A stretch of 64,000 nt of DNA from Terriglobia bacterium (GCA_965223005.1 CBDCVK010000009.1:51386-115385); one strand, 5' to 3'. Numbered from the stretch's first letter, positions 12,549-23,564 are shown. Translations and numbers: made by a program. The notes: generated by a model from the letters alone, not told the origin.

Positions 12549-14041
12549 CAGCCCGTGTCTAAAATCGCCAGATGGGGAAGAAACATGTTACTTCGGAAAT
12601 GTTCTTACTTACAATCGGGCCATGGCCATGGGAACGCGCAAGCATCGTCAGCGACAAGAGCCGCTGTGGTATCGGGCAGAGTTGGCCGAGGCGCCCGGAC
12701 ACCCGTTCTACCGGCGGCTGCACCAACTGTTGGAGGAAGCCGATTTTGATCGATTCTGCGAGAGTCGGTGCCGGCAGTTCTACCACGAGCGGCTGGGCCG
12801 ACCGTCGTTGCCGCCGGGGATGTACTTCCGGTTGATGCTGATCGGCTTCTTCGAGGGGATCGACAGCGAGCGAGGCATCGCCTGGCGGGTGGCCGATTCC
12901 TTGAGTTTGCGGCAGTTTTTGCAGATTGGGCTGGATGAACAGACGCCGGATCATGTGACGATCTCGCGCACGCGGCGGCTGATGGACGAGCCGACGCACC
13001 AGGAAGTGTTTGGATGGGTGCTGCGGCTGGTGGCCGAACGGGGCCTGCTGAAGGGCAAGACGATCGGCATTGACGCCACCACGCTGGAAGCCAACGCGGC
13101 CATGAGGTCGATCATGCGGCGGGACAGCGGGGAAAGCTATACGGAGTACCTGAAGCGGTTGGCGGAGGCCGAAGGGATCGAAGCCCAGGATGCAGCGGCG
13201 CTGCGGAGGATGGACCGCTGCCGACCGAAGAAGATGTCCAATGCGAAGTGGGTGAACCCACATGATCGGGAAGCGGAGATCACCCGGATGAAGGACGGGC
13301 GCACGGCACTGGCTTACAAGGCCGAGCATGCGGTGGACATGGAGACTGGGGCGATTGTGGCGCTGACGGCGCACGGGGGAGCGACCGGCGACACGGAATC
13401 GGTTCAGCAGACCCTGCCGGCGGCCGGCGCGGCGGTGGGCGAGCAGATCGCGACACCCACGGCCGAAGGGGAGTTTGTGGTGAACGCAGACGGGGTGGAA
13501 GAGGTGGTGGCCGACAAGGGGTATCACAGTGGGGAAGTGCTGGCAGAGATGCAGGCGATGGAGGTGCGGACCTACATTGCGGAGCCGGAGCGGGGACGGC
13601 GGCAATGGACGGGCAAGGAAGAGCAGAAGGCGGCGGTCTACCGCAATCGGCGGCGGGTGACGGGGCAGCGAGGGAAGGCGCTGCTGCGGAAACGTGGGGA
13701 GATGCTGGAGCGTCCGTTTGCGCACATGTATGAGACGGGCAGGATGAGACGCTTGTATGTCCGTGGGAAGATAAACGTGCAAAAGAAACTGTTGCTGCAG
13801 GCAGCAGCCTGCAACCTGGCGCTAGTTTTGCGCCAGCTGCTGGGGGCGGGAACCCCGCGAGGCCTGCAAGACCGCATCACCGAGCTGTTTTTGCTCGTTT
13901 TCTGGATCACTGCCACAAGAATGGCCCACCCCGAATCCCCCACGCCCCTATCCTGGTGCAACGGTCAAATTCACGGCTTTGCTCTTCACTTGCCCCGCCT
14001 GAAAAAGAGGCCGGCCCAAAGGCCGGTTTAGACACGGGCTG
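12549..14041 (+). mobile_element. IS1182-like insertion sequence, apparently intact
   Basis: Perfect 15-bp terminal IRs CAGCCCGTGTCTAAA (12549-12563) and TTTAGACACGGGCTG (14027-14041); CTAA direct repeats at 12545-12548 and 14042-14045. Confidence 0.92.
12622..14031 (+). CDS. DDE transposase (IS1182-like)
   Basis: GRPSLPP, IDSERGIAWR, PDHVTISRTR, IDATTLEANA, ADKGY, RRGEMLERPFA-like motif. Confidence 0.9.
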   Translation: MAMGTRKHRQRQEPLWYRAELAEAPGHPFYRRLHQLLEEADFDRFCESRCRQFYHERLGRPSLPPGMYFRLMLIGFFEGIDSERGIAWRVADSLSLRQFLQIGLDEQTPDHVTISRTRRLMDEPTHQEVFGWVLRLVAERGLLKGKTIGIDATTLEANAAMRSIMRRDSGESYTEYLKRLAEAEGIEAQDAAALRRMDRCRPKKMSNAKWVNPHDREAEITRMKDGRTALAYKAEHAVDMETGAIVALTAHGGATGDTESVQQTLPAAGAAVGEQIATPTAEGEFVVNADGVEEVVADKGYHSGEVLAEMQAMEVRTYIAEPERGRRQWTGKEEQKAAVYRNRRRVTGQRGKALLRKRGEMLERPFAHMYETGRMRRLYVRGKINVQKKLLLQAAACNLALVLRQLLGAGTPRGLQDRITELFLLVFWITATRMAHPESPTPLSWCNGQIHGFALHLPRLKKRPAQRPV

Positions 14042-14064
14042 CTAAAGCCGCACAAAGCAAAACC

Positions 14065-15036
14065 ATGCTGACCACCTACCTGGAAGCCATCCGGCAGGGC
14101 CTGTGGGAAGAGATGGAGCGCGACCCGGACGTTTTTATTCTCGGCGAGGATGTCGGCGCCTACGGCGGCGCCTTCAAGATTACTGCCGGGATGCTGGAAC
14201 GCTTCGGGGCACGGCGCGTGATTGACACACCCATCTCGGAGTCGGCCATTGTGGGGTCCAGCGTTGGGGCGGCCCTGCTGGGCCTGCGCCCGGTGGCTGA
14301 GATGCAGTTTGCCGACTTTGTCTCCTGCGCCTACGACCAGTTAGTAAACTTCGCCGCCAAGTGCCGCTATCGCTGGGGTGCCGGCGTGCCCATGGTGGTC
14401 CGCGGGCCCTCCGGGGGCGGCATCCACGGCGGGCCGTTCCATTCGCAGAATCCGGAAATGGCCTTCGTGCACACGCCGGGACTGAAAGTAGTTGCGCCGG
14501 CCACGCCCTACGACGCGCGCGGCCTGATCAAGTCGGCCATCCGGGACAACGATCCGGTGCTGTTCTTCGAGCACAAGTTGCTCTACCGAAGCGTTAAGGA
14601 GGAATTGCCCGAGCCCGAGTACCTGGTGCCGATCGGCAAGGCGGCACTGCGTCGCACGGGCCGAGACATCTCCGTGATCACCTACGGAGCCATGGTGCAC
14701 GTGGCCCTGCGGGCCGCCGAGACGCTGGCCAAGGAAAAGATTGAGATCGAGGTGCTGGACCTGCGCACCCTGGTCCCGCTGGATGAGGAGACTGTGCTGG
14801 AGAGTGTGCGGCGCACCAACAAGGTTGTGCTGCTGCACGAAGATACCCGGCTCGGCGGTCTGGCCGGCGAACTGGCGGCGATCATTTCGGAGAAGGCTTT
14901 CGAATCCCTGGACGGTCCCATCCGCCGCATCACTGCTCCTGACACTCCGGTGCCCTATAGCCCGCCGCTGGAAAAGGCGTTCCTGCCCAACGAACAAGAC
15001 GTGATTCGCGCCTGCCGGGAGCTCTCTGCCTACTGA
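14065..15036 (+). CDS. 2-oxoacid dehydrogenase E1 beta subunit
   Basis: GEDVGAYGGAF, DTPISESAI, EMQFADF, HSQNPE, DLRTLVPLD. Confidence 0.93.
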   Translation: MLTTYLEAIRQGLWEEMERDPDVFILGEDVGAYGGAFKITAGMLERFGARRVIDTPISESAIVGSSVGAALLGLRPVAEMQFADFVSCAYDQLVNFAAKCRYRWGAGVPMVVRGPSGGGIHGGPFHSQNPEMAFVHTPGLKVVAPATPYDARGLIKSAIRDNDPVLFFEHKLLYRSVKEELPEPEYLVPIGKAALRRTGRDISVITYGAMVHVALRAAETLAKEKIEIEVLDLRTLVPLDEETVLESVRRTNKVVLLHEDTRLGGLAGELAAIISEKAFESLDGPIRRITAPDTPVPYSPPLEKAFLPNEQDVIRACRELSAY

Positions 15037-15080
15037 GGCTGCTTCTGGTTCCAGAACCTCCGAATAGAAAGGACAGCACA

Positions 15081-15572
15081 ATGGCCAAACCGGTGAAACC
15101 CATTCCCGAAGGCTTTCACACGCTCACACCCCACCTGGTGGTGCGCGACGCTTCGCAGGCTATTGAGTTTTACAAACGGGCGTTCGGCGCCGAGGTGCTC
15201 AGCATCAATCACGGGCCGGAAGGGAAAAGCGTCATGCACGCGGAGGTGAAGATCCGAGATTCCATTCTCATGCTGATCGACGAGCTCCCGGCGTGGAAGA
15301 CCCTCTCCCCACTGTCGCTGGGCGGCACCGGGGTGACGATTCACATGTACGTCGAGGATGCAGACGCCGCCTTCGAGCAGGCTGTTTCGGCCGGGGCCAC
15401 CGTGGGGATGCCCTTGATGGACGCGTTTTGGGGCGACCGCTACGGCACGCTGGTGGACCCCTTCGGTCACCAGTGGTCGCTGGCCACTCACAAAGAGGAC
15501 CTCTCCCCGGAGGAGATCAAGAAACGCGGCGAAGCTTTCTTTGCAGGGATGGCCAAGCAGGGGCAGAAATAG
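15081..15572 (+). CDS. VOC/glyoxalase-family protein (PhnB-like)
   Basis: KPIPEGFHTLTPHL, FWGDRYGTLVDPFGHQW. Confidence 0.88.
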   Translation: MAKPVKPIPEGFHTLTPHLVVRDASQAIEFYKRAFGAEVLSINHGPEGKSVMHAEVKIRDSILMLIDELPAWKTLSPLSLGGTGVTIHMYVEDADAAFEQAVSAGATVGMPLMDAFWGDRYGTLVDPFGHQWSLATHKEDLSPEEIKKRGEAFFAGMAKQGQK

Positions 15573-16065
15573 CCAAGCAAAGGCAAGAAGGAATAGCCAA
15601 GCAACGGCAAGAGGATAAATCCTGACTCTTGCAGGTTTCCGCAGAAAATCTCAGGCCTGTGCGCTTGGAAACTCAGATACTCCCCCGGCGTCCTGCTCCC
15701 CTCTAACGCTTCTTTAGCTTGAAGAGACAGGCTCAAGAGGCAGGGCCGCTCCCCCTGGTCGCGCAGCGGAAGCCATCCGGTTTTACTCCCCTGGTGCTTG
15801 GGGTGTTGGCAAGAGAGGCCCAATATCTAGGGCCCTACCCCTGAGAGCGCAACCAGATGTGCCGCAAAAACCCGCAGAACAGCCAAAGAAGCTGGGACGA
15901 AACCCGAAGATCCCCGCACAACTGCGGCCTGATGGTTCTTGACAGCGTTACAACGTAGGTGGGACGATACGTTTCGGTTGGGTCCCCTTTGCCTGAGGGA
16001 GTTGGGGTGTCATTGAGACTTGGCTAGCAGCTGGAGAGAGGCCGGAGCAAAGGGGTTGCTTAGTT

Positions 16066-16347
16066 ATGCCTGCACCGCCAGAGGTCATGAACATACGCCA
16101 GGCTTCTCAATACCTGGGGATTTCCCGGGATACCTTGTATCGATATGTCGCCGAGGAGAAGATTCCCGGCTTCAAGCTTGGCAACCGGTGGAAATTCAAG
16201 AAGACAACCATGGACCGGTGGATGGAGAAGCAGAGCCTGGCGACAAGGCGGAGGCAGATGGCCCGCGAAGTGGCGGGCAAACCAGAGGCGGCGGCTAGCG
16301 TGCGAGACGGCAGCAAGCGTTACGCGGCTGCCCGGCGCCTGCTATAG
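16066..16347 (+). CDS. Excisionase-like helix-turn-helix DNA-binding protein
   Basis: EVMNIRQASQYLGISRDTLYRY...IPGFKLGNRWKF. Confidence 0.85.
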   Translation: MPAPPEVMNIRQASQYLGISRDTLYRYVAEEKIPGFKLGNRWKFKKTTMDRWMEKQSLATRRRQMAREVAGKPEAAASVRDGSKRYAAARRLL

Positions 16348-16437
16348 CGGGTGCAGTGAGCCATGAGGGCCGGGTCGAGGGCCGCAAACGCGGCCAGGAT
16401 GGCTGCGGCGGTGGCTGACGGCGAGTAGGAGTGAGCC

Positions 16438-17496
16438 ATGTTCGGATTTAGCAAAGGCAAGCAGGTCGTAGGACTGGACATTGGGTCCAGTGCCCTAAAA
16501 GCGGTGGAGTTGAAAAAGAGTGGTAAGGAGCTTGTTGTCGACAAGGTAGCCGTGGAGCCCCTGGCCCCGGAAATTCTGGTGGAGGGGGCCATTGTAGATA
16601 CGGTCGCGGTGTCGAACTCCATTGTCAGGATGTTCACTGAGCATAAGATCAAGACGAAAAACGTGGCCACCAGTGTGAGTGGCCACTCGGTCATCGTCAA
16701 GCGCCTATCCATGCCCCCTCTGGCCGAGGAGGAAGTGGCGGAACAGATCCAGTCGGAAGCCTCCCAGCACATCCCCTTCGACATCGCCGAGGTGAACCTG
16801 GATTGGGACATACTCTCCGCGGATGCGTCGGCCGGCGGCATGGACGTGCTGCTGGTAGCCGCCAAGAGGGACAAGATCCTGAATTATACGAACGTGTTGA
16901 GCCAGGCAGCCCGGACTCCGGCGATCGTGGACGTGGACGCGTTTGCCTTGCAAAACGCCTTTGAGTACAACTACGAGCCGCCGAGCAACCAGACCGTGGC
17001 GTTGCTCAACATTGGCGCCAGCGTGATGAATATCAACATCGTCCACGGAACCGTTCCCTTATTCACCCGCGATGTGAGCATCGGCGGCAATCAGTACACC
17101 GACTCTCTGCAAAAAGAGCTGGACCTCAGCTTCGAGGATGCCGAGCAGGTGAAGATGGGACAGGGCGTGCCAGGGGTCAGCGAGGAGGCGCGGCTACCTG
17201 TGCTGCGGTCCGTTTCCGAGCTGATCATCCTGGAAATCCAAAAGACGTTCGATTTCTTCCGGGCCACTGCTGCTGGCGAGCACATTCAGAAGATTCATCT
17301 GGCGGGCGGATCAGCCAGAGTGCCGGGCTTGATAGACGTGTTGAGGGAGGAGTTTTCCATTCCGGTGGACGAGTTGAACCCGTTCCGCAAGTTGGGGTAC
17401 GACGTGGGGGGACCGCACGGCGATCTGATCGCAGAAAACCAGCCGCGACTGGCCGTCGCTGTGGGGCTGGCCCTGAGGAGTTTTGAAAACCTATGA
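16438..17496 (+). CDS. pilM: Type IV pilus assembly protein PilM
   Basis: VGLDIGSSALKAVEL actin-like fold, HIPFD, LAGGSA, LAVAVGLALR. Confidence 0.95.
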   Translation: MFGFSKGKQVVGLDIGSSALKAVELKKSGKELVVDKVAVEPLAPEILVEGAIVDTVAVSNSIVRMFTEHKIKTKNVATSVSGHSVIVKRLSMPPLAEEEVAEQIQSEASQHIPFDIAEVNLDWDILSADASAGGMDVLLVAAKRDKILNYTNVLSQAARTPAIVDVDAFALQNAFEYNYEPPSNQTVALLNIGASVMNINIVHGTVPLFTRDVSIGGNQYTDSLQKELDLSFEDAEQVKMGQGVPGVSEEARLPVLRSVSELIILEIQKTFDFFRATAAGEHIQKIHLAGGSARVPGLIDVLREEFSIPVDELNPFRKLGYDVGGPHGDLIAENQPRLAVAVGLALRSFENL

Positions 17497-18110
17497 TCCG
17501 CATCAACCTGTTGGGAATCAGGAAGGAGGTAGCCCGTGCCCCGGCGGTCAGCGTCGAAGGGGCCAAGCTGACGGTTTTGCTCGTGATCGTGCTGGTGGCG
17601 GCGGTGGGTGTGCTGGTCGTGGACTGGCAGAGGATTTCTAGCCAGAAGGCGAAGTTGGACAAGCGAAAGGCGGACGCCCAGACCGAGAAGGCACGCCTGG
17701 AAGGGGTCAAGCGGCAGTATGGCCAGAACTTGCAGAATAAACAGACGCTTGAACAACGCATCAACATCATTCAGGAGTTGGAGAATAAAAAGACCGGTCC
17801 GGTGAGACTGCTCAACACGGTGGTCAACACAGTCGAGCTCAGCACCGTCGAGGACAACAAGCACCTCTGGCTGACCAGTTTCTCGAGCAGAGACGGTCGG
17901 GTCGACATGGGCGGGATGGCAGACAGCGTCAAGACTGTGGCCAACTTCATTACGAACCTGCAGAGCAGCGGCCGGTTCAAGAGTGTGGAAATCCGGGAGT
18001 CCTACCAGCAGAATCTCGCCAAGGACTTTCCCACTTTTGTCTTTTCCCTCAACGCCGACCTGGCGCCGCTCACTACGCCCGACGCAGACGGCACGGCGGG
18101 AATGCAGTAG
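17493..18110 (+). CDS. pilN: Type IV pilus assembly protein PilN
   Basis: MIRINLL motif, single TM, overlaps pilM stop. Confidence 0.9.
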   Translation: MIRINLLGIRKEVARAPAVSVEGAKLTVLLVIVLVAAVGVLVVDWQRISSQKAKLDKRKADAQTEKARLEGVKRQYGQNLQNKQTLEQRINIIQELENKKTGPVRLLNTVVNTVELSTVEDNKHLWLTSFSSRDGRVDMGGMADSVKTVANFITNLQSSGRFKSVEIRESYQQNLAKDFPTFVFSLNADLAPLTTPDADGTAGMQ

Positions 18111-18163
18111 CAGCCGGGCCCGGCGGGCCAGGGGCTGCGGGGCCAGACAAGGGGCCAACAGAT

Positions 18164-18811
18164 ATGAAGAGTTTTAGCGAGTTCTCCTTCGGACAGCAAT
18201 TGGGCATCATGCTCGGGGCCGCCGCCCTCATTGTGGTCACCGGTGAGTTCCTTTACTTCCCCCCAACGGACAGTCTGAACGTGCGGCGCGAGGCCAACCA
18301 AGCGCTGGAAGAAAACGTAAAGAAGCAGGAAGAAGCCAATGAGGCGTTAAGGCAGTGGGAGCCAAAGCTTAAGGATCTCATGGCGGAGAATAAACAGCTG
18401 GAAGCTAAGCTAGCGACCCTCCGCGGGATCGTTCCTGAAGAGAAGAAGGCCGATGAGTACATCCGGTTGGTGCAGGACACTGCGTCACAGTCGGGAGTCA
18501 ATCTTCGCCGCTTTACCGCCAGGGGAGAGGTTCCTAGGGAGCTCTATGTCGAGGTGCCTTTTGACCTGGGTCTGGACGGCACTTACTTCACGGTGTTGGA
18601 CTACTTTGGGCGTCTGAGCCGTGCCGGCCGCGTTGTCAATGTGAGCAACCTGCGCATAGGTCCCGTCGGCTCCGGCGGCGGTGGGAAATACACTATCACG
18701 CCGAACGAGACCGTTGTGGTGACCTGTACGGCTACGACATTTTACCAGCCTCAGTCACCCCCCCCCGCCGGGTCAGTAGAGGACAGCGAGTTATGCCTAA
18801 CACGCGTTTGA
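18164..18811 (+). CDS. pilO: Type IV pilus assembly protein PilO
   Basis: TM plus coiled coil, YVEVPFDL...GTYFTV; C9 run at 18758-18766 near the 3' end. Confidence 0.88.
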   Translation: MKSFSEFSFGQQLGIMLGAAALIVVTGEFLYFPPTDSLNVRREANQALEENVKKQEEANEALRQWEPKLKDLMAENKQLEAKLATLRGIVPEEKKADEYIRLVQDTASQSGVNLRRFTARGEVPRELYVEVPFDLGLDGTYFTVLDYFGRLSRAGRVVNVSNLRIGPVGSGGGGKYTITPNETVVVTCTATTFYQPQSPPPAGSVEDSELCLTRV

Positions 18812-19335
18812 TGACATTGGCTCTGATAGTGGTGTTTGGGGTGGCTTTGGCTGCCTTGGCCCAAAACCCGCAGACCCGTGGCCTGGGCCAGGCAGCCAAA
18901 GCGAAGACACCTGGGGCGGGGGCGACCAAGTCGAAAGCCCCGGCGACCGCGTCCCAAGCAAAAGGGTTGGCGGCACCCGCATCGAAACGCCCGGCTTCGG
19001 AATCCGGTGACCGGCGAGACCCATTTGTCAGCACTGTCCGGCCGGACAAAACAGGCCAGCTTCCGATCCATGACTGTCCCCCCGGTGTTCGCAGCATCCT
19101 CGTCGGGCAGGCGGAACTGGACGGAGTGGTCCAGACTCCTGCCGACATGATCGCCGTGATCACGACCAGCAATACTGGACGCACCTATTTCCTACGCGAA
19201 GGAACGACACTGTGCAACGGGCGCGTGCTGCAGATCACCCCCGACTCCATTGTCTTTGAGGAAAGCGTGCTTGACCTAAGCGGCAAGCTCGAAAAGCGGG
19301 AGGTAATTAAAAAAATACCCGCCGAAGCAATTTAA
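18793..19335 (+). CDS. pilP: PilP-like pilus assembly protein
   Basis: RRDPF motif, position between pilO and pilQ. Confidence 0.75.
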   Translation: MPNTRLMTLALIVVFGVALAALAQNPQTRGLGQAAKAKTPGAGATKSKAPATASQAKGLAAPASKRPASESGDRRDPFVSTVRPDKTGQLPIHDCPPGVRSILVGQAELDGVVQTPADMIAVITTSNTGRTYFLREGTTLCNGRVLQITPDSIVFEESVLDLSGKLEKREVIKKIPAEAI

Positions 19336-19393
19336 GGTGGGCGCCACCGATTTCGTCTTAAAGTGACAGGGATGGGGCAGGAGTAATAACGCA

Positions 19394-21920
19394 ATGAACC
19401 TGACACCTCGTTCTGGTTTCTCCACTCTGGTTGTGAGCAGCATGGCGTTGCTGCTGGGATTGGCACAGCCCAATTTTGCCACTGCGGATAACGAGGCGAG
19501 CGCGCCGGCACCGGCGCCCGTCTTGCAATTGGGCGCGGTGCGCGCCGCCGTTTCTTCCCAGGCCGCCATCCTCACTTTGGAAGTCAGTGGAGAGTTTACT
19601 TATTCGCCCCGCACGTCCGGGGAGCAGCTGGTTTTCGTGGATTTGCCCGGCGTTGTTTCCACGCGGCCTCCCGACAGCCACCTGTTGCCCTCCAACCTGG
19701 TTTCCAGCTATCGGGTAGTGCCATACTTCCACGAGGGGCAGCGCGGCGCCCGGCTGGAGGTCTTACTCAAGCAGCCGGTCAAAGTCAGTTACCAGCAAAA
19801 TCCGGGCGCGTTGCAGGTTACGTTTGTGTCTCGGAGCACGCCAGCAGCGGTCCCTGGCACCCACGAAGCACCGCCGCCGGCGGTAGCGAGGGCGGAAAGG
19901 CCAGCAACCACACCGTTGGCGCTGCGCACTAGAGGGAATGCAGTTGAAAAGGTGACGTTTGCTCGCGATGGGGGCAAGTTGCGCGTCCTGATCCGTGCCA
20001 ACGGCGCGGTCGAGTACCGCTCTTTCCGATTGGAGAACCCGCCAAGGCTGGTGGTGGACATTCCTCAGACCGCGAACCGTGCCGGCCACCGCCAGATCCA
20101 GGTAGGGACGCCCCCGCTGCAAAGGATCCGGGTCGCCCAGTTTCGCAACGATCCTCCCATTTCCCGAGTGGTCATGGACCTGGATACGATGACGCCTTAC
20201 AAAGTGCACCGCCGCGGTCATGTCGTGGAGGTGGAACTGGAAGCTCCGGGAGCGAAGACGGGGCATGCGCGAGGGGCAAAAGCGGAGCCCGCGAAAAGCT
20301 CCGCGGTGGCTCTGCCGGAGGCTGCCGTAGCCACTGCAAACCTCAGCCGTCCGGCCGCGGCGCCACCCGCGCCGCCACCCGCATCTGAGAAGGCACCCGA
20401 AGTGGAGGCGTTGCCCTTGCTCGATAAGCTGGTGGGCCGCCTGCCCGTGCTGGCTGCGGCTCGGCCAACGATAGCCCCGCCCCCACCGCCTGCCGCCGGT
20501 TCCGCCGTGGCGTTGGACCATGCGGAGACGGCCGCCCTTAGACCCGGCGAACGCGGCAGCGGCGACACTGCCTACGCCGTCAGCTCCCACCGCTGGTTTT
20601 GCCTCCCAGGAGGCTCCAGCCGCCGAACAACAGCCACCGCCGGTTCCCATGCAGCAGGAGCCCATGCCGGGACCGCGCTATACCGGTGAGCCGATTTCGG
20701 TGAACCTCAAAGACGTGGACCTGAAGGACTTCTTCCGGCTCATGCACGAGATCAGCGGGCTGAATGTTGTGCTGGATCCCGCGGTGTCCGGCAGGGTTAC
20801 CATTGTGCTGGAAGATGTGCCCTGGGACCAGGCTCTGGATATCGTGCTGCGGAACAATGGCTTGGACAAGCAACTGGAAGGCAACGTGCTCCGCATTGCG
20901 CGCCGCTCAACCTTGCAGCAGGAGGAAGAGGAAGTCCTGGCCCTGGAACAGGCCCGGCAGTCCGCCGTCGAGCGGGTCACGGTGCTGCGGACCCTGAATT
21001 ACTCCCGTTCCGGAACGATGACGCAGACGCTGTCCAAGTTCCGCTCACCCAGAGGTGAGATCATCTCCGACGAGCGGACCAATACGCTGATTATCACCGA
21101 CATCCCGCAGGTGATCCCCGTTATGGATGACATTATCCGGCAACTGGACCAGCGCTCGGTGCAGGTCCAGATTGAGGCGCGCATTGTAGCCGCCTCGCGG
21201 GGCTTCGCACGCGAATTGGGTGCGCAGTTCGGCTTCCTATACAGCCCACGCGTCAGCGGGCGCACGGTGATCCAAGGCAGCCCCTTTTCACAGAGCCCCC
21301 TCTCCGTAACGACTTCGGGGCCGTCACGCTTCGCCGTAGAAGGGGATCAGCTGCCCCTTTTCTCCAACTTCCCGGCCGCCGGTGCCACCACGGGCCTCGC
21401 GCTCATTCATCGCACCCCGAGTACGGCCATCGACTTCATCATCTCGGCGGCGGAAACCAAGTCGCTCGGGAAGCTGCTTTCCAAGCCCACCCTGATCACC
21501 CAGAACAACGTCCAGGCGACGGTCTCGCAGGGCCTGCAAATCCCGATCCAGACGACCATCAACAACACCATCAGCGTGCAGCTCACGCCGGTCACCCTGC
21601 AGCTCACGGTGCGCCCGCAGGTGACGGATGAGGGAACCATCTTCCTGAGCATAAACGTGTCCAACAACACCATTGCCGCCGGCATCCCGCGGATCAACGG
21701 CATCCCGGCACTCACAACGCAAGAGGCTACCACCGAGGTGCTGGTCGACAACGGTGGCACGGTGGTGTTCGGGGGCGTCATCCAAAACCAGAGCAACCTG
21801 ACGATCGAGCAGGTACCCCTCCTGGGCAGCATCCCGGTGATTGGCCACCTGTTCAAGCGCACCGGCGTATCCACCGAGACCAACGAATTGCTCTTCTTCA
21901 TCACGCCTAAGATCGTCTAG
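19394..21920 (+). pseudogene. pilQ: Type IV pilus secretin PilQ, frameshifted or split (AMIN-like part 19394-20689; secretin part 20520-21920)
   Basis: ORF1 has a signal peptide and AMIN-like motifs (FRLENPPRLVVDI); ORF2 has YTGEPISVNLKDVDL, VPWDQALD, VPLLGSIPVIGHLF, ELLFFITPKIV; frames differ by 1. Confidence 0.8.
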
Positions 21921-21990
21921 CAGGAGAATCCATTCGGGCCGGGAGGGACCTGCCTCCCGGCTCGGAGTTCGCGATCCGACGTCCGACTCC

Positions 21991-23058
21991 GTGAACCAAC
22001 CCGCGCGCCTCAGCGCCCTACGCTTTCGGCTGGCCCGAGCTCAAGTGGATTGCCTGCTAGTAAGCCAGCAGGCCAACATCTTTTACCTTACCGGATTTAC
22101 CGGCAGCGCCGGCCTCCTGCTGGTGGACGAGCGCAGCTCCACCCTTTACACGGATGGCCGCTACGCGCTGCAGGCGGATCAAGAAGTGCGCGGTTCACAG
22201 GTGGTGATTGTGAGTTCAGGTACGACCAGGGCGGCCCTGAGCCGGGCCCGGCGCTGGCGCCGGGTCGGGTTTGAGGCTTCGGCGGACTACCGGCTGTATC
22301 GCCTGCTGGCCGAGGGAGTAGGGATCGAGCGACTGCGGTACTGCGAAAACGCTGTCGAACAGCTCCGCCTGATTAAGGACGAGCAGGAGCTGGAACAGAT
22401 TCGCCGCTCCGTGGCTCTCAACTCGCGCGTGTTTCAGGAAACGGTGGCCTTGCTACGCCCCGGCCTAACGGAGCAGGAAGTGGCGGCCGAACTGGAGTAC
22501 CGAATGAGGCGCTGCGGGGCCCAACAGGCGGCCTTTGAAACCATCGTGGCGGGCGGCCCGCGTTCCGCCTGGCCCCACGCCCGGGCCAGCTTGCGGCCGC
22601 TGGGGAAAAAGGAATTTTTGCTTCTGGACCACGGTGCTATACTGGCGAATTACGCCAGCGATATGACACGGACCGTTTATCTGGGGACCGCAAACCGCAG
22701 GGCACAAGCGCTTTACCGCGTGGTGAAGGAGGCGCAAGAACGGGCCATTGCTGCCGTGCGGACTGGCGCCTCTTGCTCGGCGGTGGACCGTGCAGCTCGC
22801 CAATACATCGCCCGGTGCGGCTACGGGGAGCACTTTCCCCACAGTACGGGACACGGCTTGGGGATCCAGGTGCACGAGATGCCTGGCATCGCGGCACGGG
22901 AAAAAACAAAGCTGCCGGCGGGAGCCGTCATCACCATCGAACCCGGAGTGTATGTTCCAGGTTACGGGGGGGTTCGCATCGAGGATGTCGTCGTGGTGCG
23001 CAACCAGGGTGCAGAGGTGTTGACCCCCACCCCGAAGGAGCTCCTACAAATCGAATGA
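21991..23058 (+). CDS. Xaa-Pro aminopeptidase (M24 family)
   Basis: YLTGFTGS, YASDMTRT, HSTGHGLG, TIEPGVY, GGVRIED; GTG start assumed. Confidence 0.9.
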   Translation: MNQPARLSALRFRLARAQVDCLLVSQQANIFYLTGFTGSAGLLLVDERSSTLYTDGRYALQADQEVRGSQVVIVSSGTTRAALSRARRWRRVGFEASADYRLYRLLAEGVGIERLRYCENAVEQLRLIKDEQELEQIRRSVALNSRVFQETVALLRPGLTEQEVAAELEYRMRRCGAQQAAFETIVAGGPRSAWPHARASLRPLGKKEFLLLDHGAILANYASDMTRTVYLGTANRRAQALYRVVKEAQERAIAAVRTGASCSAVDRAARQYIARCGYGEHFPHSTGHGLGIQVHEMPGIAAREKTKLPAGAVITIEPGVYVPGYGGVRIEDVVVVRNQGAEVLTPTPKELLQIE

Positions 23059-23561
23059 ATCTGAAAGAGATCAAAGACTTGGTTGATCTCATAACCGAGA
23101 AAGGGATCACCGAGTTTGAACTGGAACGCAGCGGGATCCGGCTGCGGATCAAGCGCGGGACGAACTCGATGCCCCAGGTGAGCTGGCAAGGAGCGGTACC
23201 GACGCTGGCCGAGCCCGCGTACCGGGCGGCACCCGCAGCCAACGGTCCTGCTGTTGCGTCTGCGCTTCCGGAATCCCTCTCAACCCCTGCCCAAATGCTG
23301 GCCGAAGATTTCCACCAGCTCAAGTCGCCGATGGTTGGGACCTTCTTTGAGGCGCCTTCCCCGGGCGCGGCGCCTTTTGTCAACCAGGGTGACTGGGTCG
23401 AGGTCGGACAGGTGCTCTGCATCGTCGAGGCCATGAAGCTGATGAACGAAATCGAGAGCGATGTGACCGGCCAGGTCGTCCAGCGCTATGTAGAAAACTC
23501 CCAGCCGGTGGAGTATGGAGAGGCTCTGTTTGCGATCCGGCCCACCGCTAGCAAAAAGTAG
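23055..23561 (+). CDS. accB: Acetyl-CoA carboxylase biotin carboxyl carrier protein
   Basis: MNLKEIKDL start, SPMVGTF, EAMKLMNEI. Confidence 0.96.
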   Translation: MNLKEIKDLVDLITEKGITEFELERSGIRLRIKRGTNSMPQVSWQGAVPTLAEPAYRAAPAANGPAVASALPESLSTPAQMLAEDFHQLKSPMVGTFFEAPSPGAAPFVNQGDWVEVGQVLCIVEAMKLMNEIESDVTGQVVQRYVENSQPVEYGEALFAIRPTASKK

Positions 23562-23564
23562 CTG

